64,000 nt of DNA from a virus. Below, in pieces: positions 58,090 to 64,000 of the stretch. Location: positions 4,343-68,342 of the IMG/VR virus record IMGVR_UViG_3300021961_010841. One strand, given 5' to 3'. The number at the start of each line of letters is the position of its first letter. The stretch's first letter is position 1. The position numbers were made by a program, and so were the translations under genes. Under the pieces are notes generated by a model that saw nothing but the letters and a program-made list of their open reading frames with translations, searched no databases and had not been told where the DNA came from.

Positions 58090-59619
58090 TTATGATGCCT
58101 TACGGATTAAATCCCTGTGTTTTGATGTGTTAGTGATGCCTTCCAGCACGTTCTCACGTGCAAACAGCACCTGCGTGTCCTCTGGTTTTTGCTGATCGAA
58201 TGTAATGATCTGGCTGAAGAATGTGGTGCCCTTGCCGTCAAAAGTGGTTTCCGTGCCACCAAAGTATGAAGTGTCATACAAGTTGCTGTCAGCACTTATG
58301 CGAATAGTATCCGCTGTGATCTTTGGCAATGCTTCGTTGGGCTTGTCAAATGTCACATAATCGTTGACTCCGAAAGTAGTTTTTTTCCTTCTGAAAGTGA
58401 TCACCGAACCAGACCTTGGAGCATAAGCAAAAGTTAAAATGCTTGAATACAAGGCCGTGGAGTCCGCGCCAGCAGAATCCTGCTCGCTGGAATCGTTGAT
58501 GGGTTCGACTGTGTAGGTCGGATTGCCGCTGGCATCCAATGTGTTCATGGAGATCCCATCGATGGTAACTTGTACATGTTTAGGCAATGTTACCCGTTGT
58601 GGTAGTATGTATGAAGTTGTGTTTCCATCTGCTACAAATGTTGCTGTTGGCCTGTTGTCGTCGATGGTTGTTCCCTTGTGTTTGTCTATGTAAAGTCTAT
58701 CGATCTGGAAGAACACTGTAGATAGGTCGAATGATTGCTCATTCTCTAATTTGAACAGCACTCTTTCGGCTTGATTAGGTTTGACGTATCTAATTGGTAA
58801 AATCAATTTGTATCCAGTAGCCAATTGGTTAGATTGATTAGATTTCATCCAGTGTGGCATGTATTCAAATTCCGAAACATTCAAGTTGTCCTTGATGGCC
58901 TTCTTCATGTTGTTGATGCTGGCAATGTAAAGTTCATGACCGTTTATTTTATCCTGCACGGTGTTGGGTGATTTTTCATATGCGTCGATCAGTTCGGCAT
59001 ACACTATTTCGTAGATTACATTGCCTTTTGGATCTCTGGCCTTGCCGACTGCAAAATTAGAAATTCTTAATTTAGTGTTGTAGAAATTCCTACCAAGGGC
59101 ACTGTTGAAATCAGATAGATAAGGTGCTTCTACTCCCGACATTATAAGCACATTCCTTGAGCCTGTCTGGAAATTTATGTCAGACATCCTATATAATATG
59201 TCCGGATCAAATATCTTAGTGTCCGCCACAAATCTATCAAAAGCATTTTTTGTGATCTTGTCCGGAGATATCTTGGCGTAAATGTTTCCTACTTGGTTGG
59301 TGTTCAATCTTTTTTCAGTTATCGAATACTCATGTGTGCTGGTGACAGGTCTGTCTTTGTTAGTGGCTTTGACTGTAAATCTAAAAACTTGATCGAAAGT
59401 TGTTTTTTGGCCATCGAAGTATGTGGTGTTTTCGTCACACTCGAACATGTTGTGCTGAGTGATTCCGAATATTTCTCCGGATGGGTGTACTGATAGTCCT
59501 GGTGGTAACTTGCCGGAATAGTAACTGTATTCCAACGGTACTCCAGCATCCGAAACAGCACTCACCCTGAACAGGCTGTTCTTGTTGTTTGTTATGCTAC
59601 CCAGACTCACGTGTCCCAT
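58090..59619 (-). CDS. baseplate/virion structural protein
   Basis: Ig-like start (GKLPPGL), TTFD repeats. Confidence 0.65.
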   Translation of the reverse strand: MGHVSLGSITNNKNSLFRVSAVSDAGVPLEYSYYSGKLPPGLSVHPSGEIFGITQHNMFECDENTTYFDGQKTTFDQVFRFTVKATNKDRPVTSTHEYSITEKRLNTNQVGNIYAKISPDKITKNAFDRFVADTKIFDPDILYRMSDINFQTGSRNVLIMSGVEAPYLSDFNSALGRNFYNTKLRISNFAVGKARDPKGNVIYEIVYAELIDAYEKSPNTVQDKINGHELYIASINNMKKAIKDNLNVSEFEYMPHWMKSNQSNQLATGYKLILPIRYVKPNQAERVLFKLENEQSFDLSTVFFQIDRLYIDKHKGTTIDDNRPTATFVADGNTTSYILPQRVTLPKHVQVTIDGISMNTLDASGNPTYTVEPINDSSEQDSAGADSTALYSSILTFAYAPRSGSVITFRRKKTTFGVNDYVTFDKPNEALPKITADTIRISADSNLYDTSYFGGTETTFDGKGTTFFSQIITFDQQKPEDTQVLFARENVLEGITNTSKHRDLIRKAS

Positions 59620-60566
59620 TACAGTGATAACTCCTTGAGGTCAGCGAACCATGTGATTTCATTGGCGCCTTGGCCTTCCACTTCTATCTTGAACTGCCTT
59701 GTGAAGGTCTTGTCGTCGAACAGTGGTGATGATTTGATCACTTGGATTGTGAAAGTATAAGTTGTTAGGGTGTCGTATATCAAAGGCACTACTCCGTAAA
59801 TTTCCCCGCTCAAAGTACTCACCGACATGCCAGGAGGCAGTGATCCACTGGAAAGGCTATATCTCAGTGTGGTTTGTCCTGACAGCGAAGGTATGTCTCC
59901 TGGATCATACACATTCACTTTGACCACATTGTAATTTTGGTGCTTGATCCTGCCTATGATACTATCCTCTGCTTGTAACCAGTAAAGATCAGAAACTGAG
60001 GTGAGTTCGTATGTAATTGAAAAATCTCTGTCCACATAATTTACTCCGTCCGTTACTCTCACGGTGAAGTTGTACACAGTGGTAGAATCTGGAGTGTATG
60101 CAACCACTCCTATTATCTTGCCCGTCTTCTTGTTGAGTGTAAGATTGGATGGCAATGATCCGGAAACGATCCTGTATTCCAGAATGCTGTCATCTTGATC
60201 GGTCGCCAGCAGTGAATAGTTAACGTAATCTCCGTTGTTGACTGTGAGTATGTTTCCGCTGGCAGTTGTCCAAACTGGACCATCTGACCCAAGAATCACT
60301 ATGGTGAAAGTGCGGTCAACCGAGTATGTGCCATCTGTGACTCGCACAACGAAATCGTACTCTTTTTTCCTGTCCACTTCCAGCGGCACTCCTGACAGAA
60401 GTCCTTTGCTTGACAGGGTTATTCCTGATGGTAATGTTCCCGCTGATTTAGTGAAAGTAAGGCTTTGTCCTGCAGGGTCATCAGCCAACAACTGCTTGGA
60501 GAATGAAGATTTTTCTTCCACTGTCGCTAACAATCCAGACCGAGTTTTCCATTGAGGTTTTGCCAT
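59619..60566 (-). CDS. Ig-like (cadherin/He_PIG) repeat virion protein
   Basis: Three repeats G.LP.G..L...G.I.G and F.VRVTDG...DR.F; TAAATA upstream. Confidence 0.75.
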   Translation of the reverse strand: MAKPQWKTRSGLLATVEEKSSFSKQLLADDPAGQSLTFTKSAGTLPSGITLSSKGLLSGVPLEVDRKKEYDFVVRVTDGTYSVDRTFTIVILGSDGPVWTTASGNILTVNNGDYVNYSLLATDQDDSILEYRIVSGSLPSNLTLNKKTGKIIGVVAYTPDSTTVYNFTVRVTDGVNYVDRDFSITYELTSVSDLYWLQAEDSIIGRIKHQNYNVVKVNVYDPGDIPSLSGQTTLRYSLSSGSLPPGMSVSTLSGEIYGVVPLIYDTLTTYTFTIQVIKSSPLFDDKTFTRQFKIEVEGQGANEITWFADLKELSL

Positions 60567-60585
60567 TTGTACTATTTATGGAAAA

Positions 60586-60611
60586 TAGTGGGTGTGTGCT
60601 ACACCCACTAT
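60586..60611 (-). terminator. intrinsic terminator hairpin
   Basis: ATAGTGGGTGT...ACACCCACTAT inverted repeat followed by TTT on the minus strand. Confidence 0.75.
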
Positions 60612-60622
60612 AAAAGTTAAGA

Positions 60623-61096
60623 TTACTGTGAATCTATGTTTGCGATACCAAGTGCCGCAACTGAAGATGCGTCAAATGCCTCGTCACCGATCGCCGCACC
60701 ACCTTGTGTGTTGTTGCCATCTGCGATTGAAGATTTGAACTTGTTAGAACCTGCAGTAGCGTCAGCACCGATTCCTCCTACAACAACAGTTCTATTTGTG
60801 ATTTTAGAAGCGTTGTCTACAGATGAATCAAGTGGGTTTACAACTGAGATTCTGAACTCGCCTTCTCCCAGAGCACCGGAAGCTTTGTCAACAAGTGTAA
60901 GCACGACATCTGAAGCGGCTGAGTCAGCCACTGCGTCTACTCTCACTTTGAATTTTCTTGTTGAACGCTGAGAAACGATGTACGCAAGTGAATCTTGTGT
61001 AGTTGTTGTTTCTGTTCCGCCTACGAGTCTGTATGAAGTTACTTGAATCTTGCCTGCGCCTGATCCTAAGTATTTTTTATTAATAGGTCTTCCCAT
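60623..61096 (-). CDS. late protein, probable virion component
   Basis: MGRPINKKY..., AAGGAG RBS, own late promoter and terminator. Confidence 0.7.
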   Translation of the reverse strand: MGRPINKKYLGSGAGKIQVTSYRLVGGTETTTTQDSLAYIVSQRSTRKFKVRVDAVADSAASDVVLTLVDKASGALGEGEFRISVVNPLDSSVDNASKITNRTVVVGGIGADATAGSNKFKSSIADGNNTQGGAAIGDEAFDASSVAALGIANIDSQ

Positions 61097-61118
61097 TATG
61101 TTCTCCTTTTGTTTGTGT

Positions 61119-61190
61119 GTCCAACGTGGGTTCTAGCCACTACGCGGAGGACGTTACCGCATAAGTCCTGCTATGCAAGCTCTATTAGAC
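61119..61190 (-). ncRNA. candidate structured cis-regulatory RNA leader
   Basis: Four mutually compatible stems between TAAATA (61195-61200) and the RBS. Confidence 0.45.
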
Positions 61191-61215
61191 TGTGTATTTA
61201 ATGGTAATGTTGGGT

Positions 61216-62283
61216 TTATTCTACTGTGCTATAACGATAGTTTTGGCGTTTGGCAAAGTCGCCACACTTTTTAAAGCACTCCGGATTGTGGAACTTGGCG
61301 CCTTTGATCCAGGACTTATATAATAGTTCTTTGTAGTATGGTGTTTTGAGAATCTCATCCAACGAGTTGTGCATTAGGCTGTTCCATGTCGACCCGTACT
61401 CTTCATCTATTTGCTTGAGTGTTGGTTCGTTGTCGAAATGGTAGTCTGTTGCAAACCAACAGCAAGGCCAAACCTTGCCACTCCAATCCACGAACACTTC
61501 TTTCTTGTGATACATGAGACAAAATATGGAATCTGCTTTGTCCTGTTCAGTGATGTTTTCTGGTTGCGTCCATTTGCTGACAGTCTTGGTCTCGGGATGC
61601 TCGTGTTTTTCGCTTGTGGTAGGATTGACTATAAATTTCTCTGTGACAATTTTGCCATCTACTTTCTTTTTGATGTAAGAAGTCCATGGTGCGATGTTTC
61701 TCACGTTCTGTCTCAGCATGAGTGGAATCTTCAAACTGTCCGCCAGTTCCTTTGCCTGTGGTATGCTCTTCTCATTGTGAGCGAACACCAGGTACTGCCA
61801 CTCGCCTATGCCGCCGTTGTGCATGTATGCGGTCATGTTCTCTACTATCTTGTCCCAGTCCACATTCACGCGATAAAGATGGTTAGTATCCTCCCACCCA
61901 TCCACTGAGAATTTGACCTGCAATGATTGTGTGCGGGCACTTAGTTTGCCCAGCCTCTCGAATGTTTGCACGGTGTTGGCTCCACCATTGGTGAAGATTT
62001 CTATGGTGGCATGGTTGTCTATGAGGTACTCGCAGATGTCTGCTATGTGCCTATTCATGAATGGTTCATCCACGGTGCCGCCGAGGGTGATGTGTTTATC
62101 TCGGATTATGTCAGGAGTGAATATTTTTTGCACTGTGGGAAGATCCCACTCCATCAGCTTGTCCGCCAGATAAGGATGTGTTTCCCCTTTGTGCGTCCTC
62201 GCACATCCAGGACACCTCGAATTACACTTGTTGGTGATTTCAAAATGAATGTTTTGCAGTTTATCGACAGAAATGTCCAGCAT
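61216..62283 (-). CDS. radical SAM/SPASM protein
   Basis: CNSRCPGC, FTNG, FSVDG, WPCC...CFKKC. Confidence 0.88.
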   Translation of the reverse strand: MLDISVDKLQNIHFEITNKCNSRCPGCARTHKGETHPYLADKLMEWDLPTVQKIFTPDIIRDKHITLGGTVDEPFMNRHIADICEYLIDNHATIEIFTNGGANTVQTFERLGKLSARTQSLQVKFSVDGWEDTNHLYRVNVDWDKIVENMTAYMHNGGIGEWQYLVFAHNEKSIPQAKELADSLKIPLMLRQNVRNIAPWTSYIKKKVDGKIVTEKFIVNPTTSEKHEHPETKTVSKWTQPENITEQDKADSIFCLMYHKKEVFVDWSGKVWPCCWFATDYHFDNEPTLKQIDEEYGSTWNSLMHNSLDEILKTPYYKELLYKSWIKGAKFHNPECFKKCGDFAKRQNYRYSTVE

Positions 62284-62303
62284 CAAGATATTATAACAGA
62301 GTC

Positions 62304-62325
62304 AGTGGGGTTTTTCAACCCCACT
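62304..62325 (-). terminator. hairpin, probable terminator
   Basis: AGTGGGGTT-TTTC-AACCCCACT just past the 62338 stop; weak U-tract. Confidence 0.55.
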
Positions 62326-62337
62326 TATGAATTAGAA

Positions 62338-63648
62338 TTAACCAGGATAAAAGTCCACGTTCCATGCACCGTTGGCAAATATCGCTGTCGCGAGTGAACG
62401 CACTCCCTGTGTGGAGTCAGCATTGGTAGTGCCAGGCATTATGAATGGATACCATTTGTATGAAGCATCCACATCACCGTCGATAGGATTTCTCACATTT
62501 GACAGTGTCACTGCTGTGGAACTGACTGCTGACGAGTCCCCTGCGATTGTGAAGTACATGATTTGTCCTTCGGCTCCATCCGCCAGCGTGTATCCACCTT
62601 CGCCCGCCGCCAATGAATGTACAGTGTATGCAAGTGAAAGTGCAGTGGTCGATGTTGCGAGGTTGTCCGACACACCGTAGATTGTTCCTGCTTCTATGGT
62701 TATGTTGCCGTTGGTTCTCACATTGTTGTTGAAGTAGACAGAGTCGGAGAATCTAATCTGCGAAGAATCACCCGCAGATTCCAGCTCTGATACTCTAAGG
62801 ATTCCTTCCACATCAGTGGCTCCGCCAATCACTAATCTAACAGAGTCTTTGAGATTGATGTTAGAAGTTGTGATGGATGTGGCATCCACATCTCCCTGCA
62901 CAGCAAGTGCAGGAGTTTCGAGTGCGACGGAATCCGAATTAATGATCTTGTTTGCGTCAATAGTGTTTGCCGATAATGTGCCAACCACATGAAGATCTTC
63001 TTCCACCGTTACCGCAGTTGAGTCAGCGGATGATATAGAATTGGTGTCTATGCTGTTGGCAGAAAGTGTTCCTTCGCACAGTATGCCTTCACTGAATGTT
63101 ACCACAGAAGAATCGAGTGATGATACTGAATTGATTTGTAGTGTTTCGCCTTCGAAGTTTGCCACGATGGTTGCTTTTGCTGTGTCAGTCACCGAAGTTG
63201 CTGACGCATTTGAAGTTGATGTGACCGCTTTCCATTTATCATCACCTTCATTCCAATAGAACACAGCATTGTTACCAGCACCGCCTCGATTGATGTATAA
63301 ACCCGCATCAATGTCTGCGCCGGACGAATTTCTGTTGAATTCGACCAAGTTGTCTTCAACTTGCATGGTTGTGGCATTCATTTGTGTTGTTGTGCCTTTG
63401 ACCTCGAAATCTGCATTTACTATAAATTTGCCTGTGCCGTTAGGATCAATTGTGATGTCGCCGTTGGTTGTTCTGTTGGTTATTGTTGAATTTTGGAAAT
63501 ATAAATCAGAAAGTGTGGAAGCACTCGGGCCTCCTAATGTGTCATAAATTTCTGTAAAATTGTCGTTGATTTTATCAAACGCTGTTCTTAACGGATCACC
63601 CGTGCCGTCATTGGCCGCTGATCCTATATTGATGTTTTGGTATGCCAT
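62338..63648 (-). CDS. baseplate/tail fibre protein with T4 gp9/gp10-like N-terminus
   Basis: QNINIGSAANDGTGDPLRTAFDKINDNFTEIY. Confidence 0.8.
   Translation of the reverse strand: MAYQNINIGSAANDGTGDPLRTAFDKINDNFTEIYDTLGGPSASTLSDLYFQNSTITNRTTNGDITIDPNGTGKFIVNADFEVKGTTTQMNATTMQVEDNLVEFNRNSSGADIDAGLYINRGGAGNNAVFYWNEGDDKWKAVTSTSNASATSVTDTAKATIVANFEGETLQINSVSSLDSSVVTFSEGILCEGTLSANSIDTNSISSADSTAVTVEEDLHVVGTLSANTIDANKIINSDSVALETPALAVQGDVDATSITTSNINLKDSVRLVIGGATDVEGILRVSELESAGDSSQIRFSDSVYFNNNVRTNGNITIEAGTIYGVSDNLATSTTALSLAYTVHSLAAGEGGYTLADGAEGQIMYFTIAGDSSAVSSTAVTLSNVRNPIDGDVDASYKWYPFIMPGTTNADSTQGVRSLATAIFANGAWNVDFYPG
62730..63146 (-). repeat. degenerate protein-level repeats of about 25-30 aa, each with an Asp-Ser motif
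   Basis: TLQINSVSSLDSS / TLSANSIDTNSISSADST / TLSANTIDANKIINSDSV / ..NINLKDSV / ..ESAGDSS. Confidence 0.6.
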
Positions 63649-63671
63649 ATTTTGTTCTCCTGTGGTAAGTG

Positions 63672-63684
63672 TATTTACTAAATA
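63672..63684. promoter_or_regulatory. back-to-back divergent late promoters
   Basis: TATTTA-C-TAAATA, i.e. TAAATA on both strands. Confidence 0.65.
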
Positions 63685-63704
63685 ATTCTATAAACCTAAA
63701 GTAA

Positions 63705-63986
63705 ATGTTCATCAAGCAAACCACAGAGATACACCTACATCAGCGTGAAAGCAAATTAGGTAACGTACACAATTTCAAAAGGCGCAGGACAGTGTATCAT
63801 TTCAAGTGTGATTCCTGTGGAAAAGAATTCCTCAGGGACAAGGCCAAAGTTACTGCCAAGCGAGCATCAAATGATTATCATCATGTGTGCACCAAGTGTG
63901 ATGTGCATAGGTATGCTCAGAAAGTGGGTGTTGAGATGCGTAAGATTTGGTCGATCGATGCCAGTTCTACTGAAGTAAAACTTTAA
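63705..63986 (+). CDS. zinc-ribbon protein
   Basis: CDSC...CTKC. Confidence 0.7.
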   Translation: MFIKQTTEIHLHQRESKLGNVHNFKRRRTVYHFKCDSCGKEFLRDKAKVTAKRASNDYHHVCTKCDVHRYAQKVGVEMRKIWSIDASSTEVKL

Positions 63987-64000
63987 CCTGCAGACACTTT

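Noticed and set aside
1-64000. Many antisense or overlapping ORFs in the track (e.g. 9482..10018, 29447..29959, 32247..32783, 43252..43869)
   Set aside because: They shadow well-supported genes on the opposite strand and have no motifs or RBS
1-64000. CRISPR array, tRNA, rRNA, integrase/IS, intron or intein
   Set aside because: No spaced direct repeats, cloverleaf with T-loop, or interrupted core genes were seen by eye; a tRNAscan/Infernal run would be needed to exclude them fully
1-64000. Stop-codon reassignment
   Set aside because: Long conserved genes are intact in code 11, and TAA, TAG and TGA all end genes at expected positions

Overview
A 64-kb segment of a large T4-like (myovirus-type) dsDNA bacteriophage genome. 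It is about 60% AT by eye, uses genetic code 11, is densely coding and lies mostly on the minus strand. Spanins and consensus sigma70 promoters point to a Gram-negative host. It contains: (1) replication genes (RNase H/5'-3' exonuclease fragment, family B DNA polymerase, sliding clamp, clamp loader, a short DnaE-like fragment); (2) a 7-deazaguanine DNA-modification operon directly behind the clamp (DpdA/TGT-like, FolE, QueE, a QueD-fold HRH variant, glycosyltransferase, GMP reductase, phosphoribosyltransferase; no QueC or canonical QueD in this window); (3) an accessory island of tailoring enzymes (ACP, radical SAM/SPASM, cobalamin radical SAM, 2OG-Fe(II) oxygenases, GNAT, SDR, SGNH-like) interleaved with late genes that share an M-[KR]-[ILFM]-x-E N-terminus resembling the T4 capsid-targeting sequence; (4) tail/baseplate genes with recurring Asp-Ser motifs; (5) ClpA, deformylase, DnaJ and GroES; (6) a GH108 endolysin with spanins, PhoH, an S8 autotransporter-like protease and an alginate-lyase-like protein. 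T4-type late promoters (TAAATA) often sit 4-7 nt before start codons, and there are two candidate structured RNA leaders. No tRNA, rRNA, CRISPR array or integrase was recognised. All calls come from reading motifs by eye, with no database searches.
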